Source: Macrostomum hystrix | Taxonomy: Eukaryota > Animalia > Platyhelminthes | DNA length: 64,000 nt | Direction of reading: 5' to 3' | Assembly: GCA_950097015.1 (NCBI GenBank) | Contig: CATNEN010000024.1 | Coordinates: forward strand, 1,860,001 to 1,924,000 | Shown: positions 46,825 through 58,825 of the stretch, piece after piece | How the letters are laid out: every line of letters begins with the position of its first letter | How positions within the stretch are numbered: the first letter of the stretch is position 1 | Made by a program: the position numbers and the translations under genes | Notes under the pieces: model-generated | Seen by the model: the letters and a program-made list of their open reading frames with translations, nothing else | The model's database searches: none | What the model was told of the DNA's origin: nothing

Positions 46825-47095
46825 CTGAGCTGACTCAGTAGGAGTGACAGGGTCTCCCGCTGACTCAGTGGGAGTGACAGGGTCTCCCGCTGACTCAGTG
46901 TAAGTGTCAGGGTCTCCCGCTGACTCAGTGGGAGTGACAGGGTCTCCCGCTGACTCCGTGTGTCAGGGTCTCCCGCTGACTCAGTGTAAGTGTCAGGGTC
47001 TCCCGCTGACTCAGTGGGAGTGACAGGGTCTCCCGCTGACTCAGTGTGAGTGTCAGGGTCTCCCGCTGACTCAGTGTGAGTGTCAGGGTCTCCCA
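46825..47095. repeat. 30-bp minisatellite CTGACTCAGTGGGAGTGACAGGGTCTCCCG, about 9 copies
   Basis: Direct inspection. Confidence 0.92.
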
Positions 47096-48259
47096 GGGAC
47101 TACTAGTAAATACGAAGTACTCAGTATTATTATTATCAGTAGTATTTAGTTGTCCCTTGGGTCTCCAGTTTAATTTCCACTACATTACTTCGAGCCATGT
47201 CTACAGTTTTGTATATATCTTATCTTGGTTCACCGTGCATTGCTTCCGTTACTTAAGTTAAAAAAATGCGCAGCCCTGCAAATAGTGATTGCGCTTCTGC
47301 ACGCACACTCCGTTCAGCTTAACAAATGTCAGCAGCGATACTCGGTTAGTTCATATAGCGTTCCTGTCTTCCAAGCTTGCCGAACATCCCCAGTAGACAC
47401 ACTGTCTGCCTGACCTCTCGGCCGTGCATTGTAACCGATGGTCATCAGGAAGTGTCCCAGCAGAAGTAATATCTGTCCTCGCTTCTAGCGAATGAAGAAA
47501 AGCGAAATTTTCTTCATTTAAAGTGCAATCTTATGCGAATCTTTGCTCCCGTCCCAGCCGGCCTTCTATAAGTGAAAAAAGAAAGCAGATGCGAAAAGGC
47601 TTGGTTGACACAGAGGCCACACACTTCGATCCGTGTGGCTAAGACCCGAGCCTTCCGCGAGCCTGCGGAATGCAGGCGGCAATTATAGAAGGGAGTCAGC
47701 TGCTTTTCTGGGGGATTAAGGGGGCTTTCTACGATTATTTTCTTATCATTTGAACCTCCAGTGCATCTCTAAGTCACTATCAGGCTGCGGCAGTTCAGCA
47801 CAGAAACAGTTTTGTCAGTTCGATTGGCAGGTCGGGCTTGGCATCGATTTACATATTCTTTTCCACCAGTTCAGCTACCGTTCTGTTCAAAGTTTCATTG
47901 TGGTAGCTCAGCTAGCTGCCTAATATTGGTAAGACTTTAAACTCGTCTTAGACGTTAAAACGCCTAGACGAGCTAACCCTTGACGTTGTAGAAATATGTG
48001 TCGCCAGGTTAAAAAATGTCCAGTCACATTATCATCTGAACGCTTTGTCTGTAGCAGATTGCTTTGGTTTCCTAAAATTCGCTCGTAGCTACCATGAATA
48101 TAGGTAGTGTTCAGTCTTAGGGCTCTAAACATATAGACAAAGCGGTTTTGACTTCTGTTAGAAATGTACTCATACGAGTACATTAGAACCACCTCGTAAA
48201 AACCACCTGGTTCTGAATTAACAAATAACTTTCCAAAGCTGTTAATTAGCGCACATTTA

Positions 48260-48545
48260 GCGAACAAAGGTCCCTGAGCTCGATTCCGAGGCCACATTCA
48301 TTTGGGGCGCAGCCACATATAGAAGGCTGGGGGGCTTGTCGTGCAATTTACGCCCTTGAGAGCCAACCCCCAAGCATAGTGAAGTGTACACCGCCTGACG
48401 ATGTAAGTCACGGCAAATGTACACACCTGCGTGTGTGCCTGCGTATCCGGTATCTGTATGCGTGTGTGCTCAGGAGCCAATCAGGGCAGAATTGCCTCCT
48501 CTCTGGCTGCGGGTCTAGGGTCACCAAAATGATGTGCGATTGGCG
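48260..48545 (-). repeat. Dispersed ~320-bp repeat family, inverted copy
   Basis: CCTGAGCTCGATTCCG...GGCAAATGTACACAC...GGGTCTAGGGTCACCAAAATGATG is the reverse complement of the family cores. Confidence 0.8.
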
Positions 48546-49206
48546 ATTGCCTGCAAGTACTTCTTATATTAATAATAGTTTCCTTTTTTCGATCATTTTA
48601 TTCCTTAATTTTTAGGTTGTTTCTTTAATTCATCAGTTCGACCCCCTCATGCCAAAATTTATGAAAAGTAGGTAAGCGAAATAGAATTGACCAGAGTTTT
48701 CATAAAAGTACATATGTAGCATTAGTATTTTGGTGTTTGTGGTGAGTTTTCTGCTTAGCCTCTAAGGGTATTCTTCGATCCATGTCTCCCATTTAACTCG
48801 GAGCTTGTCGTGCACAAAAATAGGATACGAATGTTGTGAACGCAATCGGCCTTGAACAATATCGGTCCAGAATCACCGATCCCATCATGGGGTATCTTGA
48901 CTCGCAATTTGCACGCATCGTTGGCTGAACAAAAAGACAAGGCAAGCACAAGCTGACGACGCCATAGTTTTGTCCTGCAGTTCAGGAAGCCTTCATCAGT
49001 CGCGTGTCTAATCCGCTGCTGCTTCTAATCCTTCAAAAGGGAACACGCTTTGACAGGTGCTTCACTCCCATCACGCGCCTGAAATGCAAAGTTCCAGAGC
49101 TGTCTGGAAGTCGTATATAAATAGACCGGACTATAGACTGGCGTGTTACCTGAGGCGCTAAAGCGTTTGTCATCTAGCCAAATAATTTCAAAGCTTTTGG
49201 CGAACA

Positions 49207-49207
49207 T

Positions 49208-49238
<31 letters not shown>
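49207..49238 (+). repeat. (CAG)n microsatellite
   Basis: About 10 CAG units after an ATG. Confidence 0.9.
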
Positions 49239-49240
<2 letters not shown>

Positions 49241-49656
49241 AACTCAGCAGGAGTATCCTCGAATTGGCAAGTTCCTTCCTTGAATCGCAAGCAGCTTAAA
49301 TACCTAAACATGTCATATACGAGCGACCAAATAGCTATTCAATGAAGTGCATTCTTAACATACATTTCATTTGATTCTTCAAACCGGCCAAGTATAGTCA
49401 ATCAGTTCGTAGTTCATTGGAATATAATGTTACTCATTTACTAAACTGAGAAGCTCTAGTTCTCGATTGAGTACTGTTCTAAACGATGCGGATTAAAATT
49501 GCCTCTTTTTGGCACTAGTTCTTGGCTTTCTGTGTGGCTTTCAGTTGGAGCTGAGCTACATTTTAAATCAAACAAAAAAATCGTAATTGTTTTCGAATTG
49601 CGCGATAATTTTGTTTCCAACTGACTGCAAACCGCTAGGCTAATTGCATTGGCTAG

Positions 49657-49657
<1 letters not shown>

Positions 49658-49690
<33 letters not shown>
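49658..49690 (+). repeat. (AC)n microsatellite
   Basis: Direct inspection. Confidence 0.9.
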
Positions 49691-49693
<3 letters not shown>

Positions 49694-50318
49694 CGTACAG
49701 ATCCTATATCGACTAAATTACCCTTGGTGGAAGCAAGTGGCAGATCTGAACTGCTGCAGTGAGGGGGAATCTATAGTGCACCAACATTACTATTGCAGGC
49801 TCTTTTTAGCACAGCTGGTTAAGCACTACTGCAACTTTGTTATTCATGCTACTATAAAACAGTAGTATGAAAGGATTCTCGCCAAAAAATCATCAAATAG
49901 TTTGAAATCCTACACGGCTTTTCACAATGGCCCCGTGCGGATTGGTCGTCGGTCCGTGCTCTGGGTTGGACACGATCGACTCGGCTCAGTAGTCTGAGAT
50001 TGGCAGCCCCTGCTGCTGATGAAAGATGATTGGGAGCCACGGCCCTCGGACGGGTAGAAAGGGAGAAAATAGTGAGGGAGATATTTGAACCGGCCGCGAC
50101 TGGTTGAATTCTGCGTCAGTCATTAGTTGCAAAGCATCCAATTCGAGTCCAATGTTCATTCACACTGAGACAACAATCGAACAAGCGGATCCGTCTTTTG
50201 TCTTCGATCCGCTGATAAATTGAAAATCAAACAGCCATTCGGGCCATTGAGCTAGTTCCGACTTCGGACAGTGATAACTCAAATTCAAATCAACTAGCTA
50301 ATCAAACTATTCGCTGTC

Positions 50319-53110
50319 ATGGCAGCAGAGGGAAAGCCTGCTCACACGCGACTCAGAAAATACTCTGTCGTGGATCCACAGATCGACCTACTAAGTGAGT
50401 CCTAATCTTTGCTAATCTTCTATCTCAACCTTATCCTCGAACTTCAAGAATCAGCAGAGACCGTTGAAATGCGAAACCCGTCCGTCAACGCTTGTTGTCA
50501 GCCACCCTTTGCAATGACAGGATTGCAATGGCAGCAAAGTTGCTGCCGGCCCGTTGATTCCCAAAGTTTGAATGGATAAGTCTCACACAACGATGGACAG
50601 GAGCACACTCTCTCAGAGCACACCACGCACTCAGGAACGCGGGCGCATGTACAACTCAAATGAAGTGTTGCTGCCTTTGAAAAAAGGAACGCTTCTGCAT
50701 AATTTATTTCCAGCCAACAACGCATGCAATCCCTACTGAGTCTGTTCAGCCTCTGCGTGCTCACAAACTGAGCTACGTGGAGTGTGCAAAATCCACACAG
50801 AGCTCAGAATCCACGCAGGGACCCCGCGTGCCACCTTCCGCTCCACCCCGCCTTTTTTCTTTCTCCTTCTCTCCCCGTTTGGAATCCAATGTCAAAGGAA
50901 AACTACGACCCAAACCCTTGTGTCCTTGTGTCCCGCCGCAAACAACACATCCCGACCTCCTTTTGTGCGCCATAGCTTGCCCCGACCACTCCGATCTTAG
51001 CCTAATGTCCAAGAATTCAAGAATTCAACAAAAATTGTGCTTGTTAAAAATCGCGTTCCACGCGGTGCTTCTCAAAGGGCGAGATGGCCTGCGAGAATGC
51101 ATTTTTTATTGTTATTGTGGCACTTTCAGCCTCGTTTTTATACTTTCCACCTGGGTCCTGAGCATCCACAAAATAGCGGGGCTGTAAAGCTGCATGGAAG
51201 ATCAGCCAACGACTCATGCTCAATGCAGCAGCTATTGATTTTGGATTCTCGAGGAGGAGGATCATTGTTTTCAGGGGGTACCATTATTCTGAATGTTTTT
51301 ACTGCATTGTCGCACTGCTTTCCCTAATTAGGGAGTTCGGGGGCTGTAGAAACGAGAGGGATGTCAGAAGAATTGTAAAAATGCAAGGGAAGAAAGGAAA
51401 GAGGATAAATGGAATAATACATAGTAACATAGAATGAAACTAAAAAAATATTTAAATGCTGGAGGGCTGCAGCCACTGGGACATTATTTGGTGACAATAG
51501 ACCCACAGACAGCAAGGAGGCAACTCTGCCCGTTTCGTTGACTCCTAAACACACTCACACAAGAGTTGTACATCTGCTATGACTTGTTCATTGTCAGGCA
51601 GTGTGCACTCTGCCTTGGAGGTTTGCTCTCAAAGGTGTAAATTGTACGACAAGCCCACAAGCCTTCTTTACGCGTCTCGCCGCGGAATTGAGCTCAAGGA
51701 CATTGGTGCGAGAGGCAAACGCGTTAGACCGTTCGACATCCGAATGAGAGATAATGGAAAGAAAAATAAATAACTTCATGAAAAAAGAGAAGATTTTGAA
51801 TGGGATTATAGCTTTCCTAGAGTCGGAAATCGAATGTAAGAAATTGCTTGCAATCCTAAAATTGCTTCCGCAAATTTTCGTTCGGTCTTACTTGTACACA
51901 ATTGGTGAGATTAGCTGTACTGTACATGAGCCGAGTTAGTGGTCCATCCCATCTCTTCTATGTGCACGCGATGCAGGATTCATAAAGAATCATGAATTTA
52001 GTTCCTATTCCACTGACAGGATATGCAGCGATGCAGGATTCATAAAAAATCATGAATTTAGTTCCCATTCCACTGACAGGACGTGCAGCGATGCAGGATT
52101 CATAAAGAATCATGAATTTAGTTCCCATTCCACTGACAGGACGTGCAGCGATGCAGGATTCATAAAGAATCATGAATTTAGTTCCCATTCCACTGACAGG
52201 ACGTGCAGCGATGCAGGATTCATAAATAAGCATGAATTTTGTTCCCATTCCACTGACAGGACGTGCAGCGATGCAGGATTCATAAAGAATCATGAATTTA
52301 GTTCCCATTCCACTGACAGGACGTGCAGCGATGCAGGATTCATAAAGAATCATGAATTTAGTTCCCATTCCACTGACAGGGCGTGCAGCGATGCAGGATT
52401 CATAAAGAATCATGAATTTAGTTCCCATTCCACTGACAGGACGTGCAGCGATGCAGGATTCATAAAGAATCATGAATTTAGTTCCCATTCCACTGACAGG
52501 ACGTGCAGCGATGCAGGATTCATAAAGAATCATGAATTTAGTTCCCATTCCACTGACAGGACGTGCAGCGATGCAGGATTCATAAAGAATCATGATTTTA
52601 GTTCCCATTCCACTGACAGGACGTGCAGCGATGCAGGATTCATAAAGAATCATGAATTTAGTTCCCATTCCACTGACAGGGCGTGCAGCGATGCAGGATT
52701 CATAAAGAATCATGAATTTAGTTCCCATTCCACTGACAGGACGTGCAGCGATGCAGGATTCATAAAGAATCATGAATTTAGTTCCTATTCCACTGACAGG
52801 ACGTGCAGCGATGCAGGATTCATAAAGAATCATGAATTTAGTTCCCATTCCACTGACAGGACGTGCAGCGATGCAGGATTCATAAAGAATCATGAATTTA
52901 GTTCCCATTCCACTGACAGGACGTGCAGCGATGCAGGATTCATAAAGAATCATGAATTTAGTTCCCATTCCACTGACAGGACGTGCAGCGATGTGTTTTC
53001 TCAGGAAATTGGCGGCCTCGAAAACAGATACGGCCAGATTCGATTTGAACACCGATTTTAGGGCAGAGCAGCTGCGCCTCATCTCTCCCGAGTATTTTAT
53101 ACATCCTTGA
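50319..53110 (+). CDS. Tentative small 3-exon gene (50319-50394, 51821-51904, 52980-53110), about 97 aa, unknown product
   Basis: ATG downstream of several GATTGG (reverse CCAAT) boxes. Phase-1 donors A|GTGAGT and G|GTGAGA join phase-compatible acceptors to give MAAEGKPAHTRLRKYSVVDPQIDLLKSEIECKKLL...TIGRAAMCFLRKLAASKTD...YFIHP. No recognised domain. Confidence 0.3.
51466..51735 (+). repeat. Dispersed ~320-bp repeat family, diverged copy
   Basis: ACATTATTTGGTGACAATAGACCC...TGTACATCTGCT...CGGAATTGAGCTCAAGG. Confidence 0.75.
51960..52993. repeat. 60-bp minisatellite, 17 copies
   Basis: CACTGACAGG recurs every 60 nt from 52011 to 52971; explains the 388-aa periodic minus-strand ORF. Confidence 0.97.
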
Positions 53111-53894
53111 TGCCGCTTCTTCAAAGCCTTCTCTCTATTCTCATTTTATTAGTGAAGGGAGGTCTGGGCTAGGTTGAGACTCGAGTCAGTCCTCCCGCGT
53201 CTCTGCACTAGATTTAGTATCCACGCTGAGTAGGGAAGGAAGGGATTGGTAAATGATGAGCCCAGCTGCTCCACTTCAATCGGCCCTGTCCCTCTTCCTT
53301 CGCTCTGCGTGTCCTCCTCACCCCCAGCATTTCAGCTGCAGCAGCTGCAAGGGAGGCACCAATGAATGCGGTGGCACTTTTCATATTTTGAAGAATGGGA
53401 CGACCCGGTGCATCAGGAGGGTCATTAGGCCAATTTTTTAGTGCTTCTCCTTTAGGCGGGGTAGGCGTGCGGGGAAGAATGAAGTGGGTAGTGAGGCGAA
53501 CGACTTTTCCCCCTGGAGTTTGAGCCGCTCTGGTATGGCTGGGGCTATTTGCTTATTGCAACCATTTCCAAAACTGGACTCAAGAAGGGATCAACTTTTA
53601 GACTGCAGAAATGATAGTAGTGGAATCGAGATGCCGTATTCTTCCATAGCCAGGGCGATGGAAACCAATCCGGAGTTTGAAACTGAAGTGTTCCCCTAAA
53701 TCCCTACTCAGAATACACACTATTCCGATCACTTCTCGCAGTTACTTCCTGTACTGAGGGGCTGTAGCTCTCTCTCCGCATGTCTTCCAGAAGAAAAACT
53801 TGAGCCTATTCAGAATTAAACTGGCAATTTAAAGCTAAACTTAAAGTTGGAACTAAACAATGAAAAATCTAGCAAACTCAATTTAGCAACCTCC

Positions 53895-54366
53895 TTAATC
53901 TAGCTACCTGTTCAATCTAGCTACCTGTTCAATCGAGCTACCTGTTCAATCTAGCTACCTGTTCAATCGAGCGACCTGTTCAATCTAGCTACCTGTTCAA
54001 TCTAGCTACCTGTTCAATCTAGCTACCTGTTCAATCTAGCTACCTGTTCAATCTAGCTACCTGTTCAATCTAGCTACCTGTTCAGTCTAGCTACCTGTTC
54101 AATCTAGCTACCTGTTCAGTCTAGCTACCTGTTCAATCTAGCTACCTGTTCAATCTAGCTACCTGTTCAATCTAGCTACCTGTTCAATCTAGCTACCTGT
54201 TCAATCTAGCTGCCTGTTCAATCTACAGTAGTTACCTCTTCAATCTAGCTACCTGTTCAATCTACAGTAGTTACCTCTTCAATCTAGCTACCTGTTCAAT
54301 CTAGCTACCTGTTCAATCTAGCTGCCTGTTCAATCTACAGTAGTTACCTCTTCAATCTAGCTACCT
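53895..54366. repeat. 17-bp minisatellite TCAATCTAGCTACCTGT
   Basis: Direct inspection; a variant unit with ACAGTAGTTACCTC appears near the right end. Confidence 0.95.
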
Positions 54367-55316
54367 GCGTCAGTAGCAAATAATTCAATGACTTAAGAAT
54401 TGCAATGCCTTCTGTTCCAAGGGTTGATAGTCCTGCGAAGTGAGAAAAGTTGTTTAACCCCAGCTGACAGCACAGTTAATATCCTCTTAAAAATATTTGA
54501 GCGCCCTTTTCTATTTCCAATACAAACTAAACTTTTGTTTCGTTTTAAAGTTAAAGAAATATTGCCATGTCGACCTCAACACTGCTAGATCCAACCCCTG
54601 ATTTCGCTTTGGTGTCAGTCTATGTAGGTTTATAGTTGGCCAGTACTCAAGTGTCTGGCGAACCGGCGTTAATCGAAAAAAATAAAAGACTGTACGCAGC
54701 AACCTTTGCCGATTTATCGGAAATGACAGCCGAAGCCGCCCAAGATTTGCATAGTAACTATGCTGCATGGCCGCCTTGAGGCACCACCCAGATGCCGCAG
54801 TCCACTAGAGTCTCTTTCTCTCTGTCTCGTTTATTTTGAATTATTCAAGTTTATTAGAGCCGCCTGGGTGGGCCCGAGCGGTTGGCTGGGGTCGGGTGTC
54901 CCCTCAGCCCACCCGCATCATCCCCCCGTCGCGTGGAGGATGGGAGACGAGCAGCAGCTGAACTTGCAGCAACAGCAGCAGCAGAGTCGAGATGCCATAC
55001 TACTGAGGAGAAAAAGCAGACTGATAAGAAGTTCGCATTCGCAGAGCCGCTTTCGCAGGCCCTCTATAACATCCCTAACACTGGCCTTTCTCCGCCCGCC
55101 TGCTGTGTCTCTATCAGTCTCGGGAGCAGAACGCGAAAACCAATATAAAGCCATTCAGGCACTCGCACAGGGGTAGGTTATTTTTCCCTTCTGTTTTTAT
55201 TTGCCGAAACTCGACGAGGCTAGAATAGAAGGAATCTCGTAGAATTTGTCTGGAATTTCCTGTAGAGCGAAGAAAAATGGCAGCTTATTGTCTATAGTAT
55301 ATTATACTCGTATTAA

Positions 55317-55417
55317 CCAGTCCATGGACTGAACAGCCGTACGCAGCCGTCAGATGCGCCGCGCAATAGCTGCGGCTGTGCAGTCGGCTGCGCATGTGGC
55401 CCAATTAGTGCAGGTGC
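55317..55417 (+). mobile_element. 3' fragment of the same SINE family as 57792-58115
   Basis: CCAGTCCATGGACTGAACAGCCGTACGCAGCCGTCAGATGCGCCGCGC...GCAGGTG closely matches 57982-58081. Confidence 0.85.
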
Positions 55418-56329
55418 AGCTGCACATAAAGCAGCAACATTATTTAAAGAATTCATTAACACAAATTTAGGTCAAATCCAAGCCGGTGATAAAAATCTTC
55501 AAAAGAAATTATGCTGTAGAAATTTTTTTGTCGAGTTGCATCATTCCTCTAGCCAGCCCCGAGATTGAGCTTCGAGCTGCGATCAGCAACGGTAGAAAAT
55601 TGCCGGCCTCAAGAATAAGGCGAGGGACGTCCTCTGCTCAGGGAGGGGGGCGGCGATTTAATCCCGCCGTGTGATGAAAATCCCCAATAGGATTAAGGAA
55701 GGGGCAAAGAGGCAAAAATTGCCAGCCGTGAACAAGCGGAAAGAAGGAAGGCGGTTCTTTGACGCGAACCTGGCAACCGGGAGCTTGGCGTGCTCCCCTT
55801 ATCTCACCTCCAACTCCCTTATCGTCGATTTGAGAAAAGGCTGCGCAACCTGGAGGATTCAAACCTGCTGGGGATTCGCCGCCCTCCCCATCCTCCATCG
55901 CCACCCCCGCACCACTGGTGCCGAGTGCCATTTCTGGCGCGTTAAAAGAAGAAAAAAGATGGACAGAGAAAGCGACAGACAGGCCCGGGAGCAGTGGCAT
56001 TCGAGATGCGTCACCAGGCATGGGAATGCGGCTCAGACTAGATAGGTAAAGTGGGATTTTCGGGAAGTAATCAAAGGTAGTTAAAAATGGCGAAGAGCTC
56101 ATTGCCACGGGGATCATTAGCTGCTGCAGGTGCCTCTAACTGCATATTGCTCTAATTTTGTCCAAGATCTGACTGACATAAAGACCTGATTATGCCATGA
56201 GCATTGCCTGAGCCACATCTCAAATACAGATTCTCTAATCCCGAATCCCCAAATTACTCATAGTATCCATAAGTTCAGAAAACAAGAATTAAGGAAAAAC
56301 GGTAAGAATAACGAAAGGCTATTTCCGAA

Positions 56330-56860
56330 TCAATCCATTTCCGAATCGCGACTAATCCATTTCCGAATCTTGATAACCCGCTTCCGAATCTCGAGAAAAC
56401 CATTTCCGAATCGCGACAATCCATTTCCGAATCTCAAGAAATCCAATTCCGAATCTCGACAATCCATATCCGAATTTCAACAATCCATTTCCGAATCTCG
56501 ACAATTCATTTCCGAATCTCGATAATCCGTTTCCAAATCTCGATAAGCCGTTTCCGAATCTCGATAATCCGTTTCCGAATCTCGAAAATCCATTTCCGAA
56601 TCTCGATAATCCGTTTCCAAATCTCGATAAGCCGTTTCCGAATCTCGATAATCCGTTTCCGAATCTTGATAATCCATTTCCGAATCTCGATAATCCGTTT
56701 CCAAATCTCGATAAGCCGTTTCCTAAACTCGAGAAAACCATTTCCGAATCTCGAGAAAACCATTTCTGAATCTCGAGAAAACCATTTCTGAATCTCGAGA
56801 AAACCATTTCTGAATCTTGAGAAAACCATTTCTGAATCTTGATAATCCATTTCCAAATCC
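56330..56860. repeat. 21-bp minisatellite TTTCCGAATCTCGATAATCC(A/G)
   Basis: Direct inspection; gives the GNGLSRF / DYRDSET seven-residue pseudo-ORFs. Confidence 0.93.
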
Positions 56861-57791
56861 TGTACACAGGTTTCCGATTCCTGAACGCGCATTTCCGAAT
56901 CCTTAATTTAAAAATGTAACTCCTGAAAATCAAATCCCAGCTATGAATTTGCAAGTTTCGTGATTTCGGAACAGTGATAGCCCACTCGAGGTGCAATTTT
57001 GCAGCTTTCGTTCTGGCCACTTTCATTGGTCCGGTTTGCCGTCACAGAAGCTGGCCAAAGGCCATTCATTTTGCCGCGCATACATCAGACGATCTCGCAA
57101 TCATATTACTGCCATTATTACGAGTATTATTATTTGTATTTTATTATCGTAGCTCATATTAATGCGTCCCCGAATCTTATTCGCAGTTATTATTTTTCGA
57201 TTTATGAGTAGCGTCAAGCCAAACCTGATCAGGGCGAGTGCAGTCTGTGTTCGGGCTGGGGGAAAAATCATTTTCATGATGAAATGAAGTCGTTCTGACT
57301 GGCAGAAGAGGAAGAGTTAGCGGAGCGGAGGGAGGCATAGAACCACAGGGCCAGCCACATGCGGGTGTATCTGCATCGAGGCCAGCTCGGAAGCTCTCTT
57401 CGTCTTGTTCGGTCTGAAATAAATTTTTATTCGCCAGTGCAGCAACTATGGGACCGAAGTGGGCGGTCTGAGACCACTGCTCACAGATGATTGATGGCTT
57501 GCCGTACAAGCTGGGCCCACGAGTTTAGTCAGCTTGGCACCCTCTCAACATCTGTCTCAGTTTCTGTACCACTTTCCGCATACTCTGAACTCACTCTCAT
57601 TTGCTCTGAAGCAACAGCAGCAGCTACCGAATGCCGAAAATGCTATTGACAAGCTCTGGCCATAACCACAGTACGATTTGAAGTTGATTAATTAACTCGA
57701 TTTTTAATACACTGAATGAGAATGAGATTGGCTCCAAGAGAGTGATCAGTAGGAGAGAGAGCGATCAGTAGGAGAGAGAGAGTGATCAGTA

Positions 57792-58115
57792 TTACAGAGG
57801 TTGCAGCCTAGTGGTTAGGGCGTCGGACTCACGACTTGAAGGTCGGGGGTTCGATTCCCGACTCCCCTGAACAATTTGTGTCCTTTAGCAAGACACTTAA
57901 CTCTGCATTGCTTCAGTTCACCCATCTGTTAAATCGGTACCAGCATCAGCTGGGATAATTGAAGGTGGGTGTGGCGTCCCCCCAGTCCGTGGACTGAACA
58001 GCTGTACGCAGCCTTCAGATGCGCCGCGCATTAGCTGCGGCTGTGCTGTCGGCTGCACATCTGACCCAATTGGGGCAGGTGTAATAAATTATTATTATTA
58101 TTTATTATTAATTAA
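57792..58115 (+). mobile_element. tRNA-derived SINE with a CORE(MIR)-like central domain and (ATT)n tail
   Basis: A-box GCAGCCTAGTGG and B-box GGTTCGATTCC; central GTGTCCTTTAGCAAGACACTTAACTC...CAGTTCACCCATCTGTTAAAT resembles the CORE-SINE consensus; AT-rich tail; flanking direct repeat AGAGTGATCAGTA (57779-57791 and 58116-58128). Confidence 0.85.
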
Positions 58116-58825
58116 AGAGTGATCAGTAGGAAAGAGTGATCCGTAGGAGAGTGATCAGTAGGAAAGAGTGATCCGTAGGAGAGTGATCAGTAGGAAAGAG
58201 TGATCAGTAGGAAAGAGTGATAAGTAGGAAAGAGTGATCCGTAGGAGAGTGACCAGTAGGAAAGAGTGATCCGTAGGAGAGTGATCAGTAGAAAAGAGTG
58301 ACCAGTAGGAAAGAGTGATCCGTAGGAGAGTGATCAGTAGGAAAGAGTGATCCGTAGGAAAGAGTGATCAGTAGGAAAGAGTGACCAGTAGGAGAGTGAT
58401 CAGTAGAAAAGAGTGATCAGTAGAAAAGAGTGATCAGTAGGAAAGAGTGATCAGTAGGAAAGAGTGATCCGTAGGAGAGTGATCAGTAGAAAAGAGTGAT
58501 CAGTAGAAAAGAGTGATCAGTAGGAAAGAGTGATCAGTAGGAAAGAGTGATCCGTAGGAGAGTGATCAGTAGGAAAGAGTGATCAGTAGGAAAGAGTGAT
58601 CAGTAGGAAAGAGTGATCAGTAGGAAAGAGTGATCAGTAGGAAAGAGTGACCAGTAGGAGAGTGATCAGTAGGAAAGAGTGATCAGTAGGAGAGTGATCA
58701 GTAGGAAAGAGTGATCAGTAGGAAAGAGTGATCAGTAGGAAAGAGTGATCAGTAGAAAAGAGTGATCAGTAGGAAAGAGTGATCAGTAGGAGAGTGATCA
58801 GTAGGAACGAGTGATCAGTAGGAGA
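58116..58825. repeat. 16-17-bp minisatellite AGAGTGATCAGTAGGA(A), about 40 copies; three degenerate copies also at 57737-57791
   Basis: Direct inspection. Confidence 0.95.

Noticed and set aside
47608-47640. HDV-like ribozyme at GGCCACAC...GTGTGGCT
   Set aside because: Only a simple hairpin; too few nucleotides between the P1 strands for P2, P3 and L3.
51958-53124. 388-aa minus-strand ORF
   Set aside because: Twenty-residue periodic translation of the 60-bp minisatellite.
54760-55176. 138-aa ORF with poly-Gln as a first exon
   Set aside because: Its donor is phase 2 and cannot be linked to any downstream exon I could find; no recognisable domain.
57797-57870. tRNA gene
   Set aside because: Acceptor and anticodon stems are mismatched and the sequence runs straight into a SINE core and tail.
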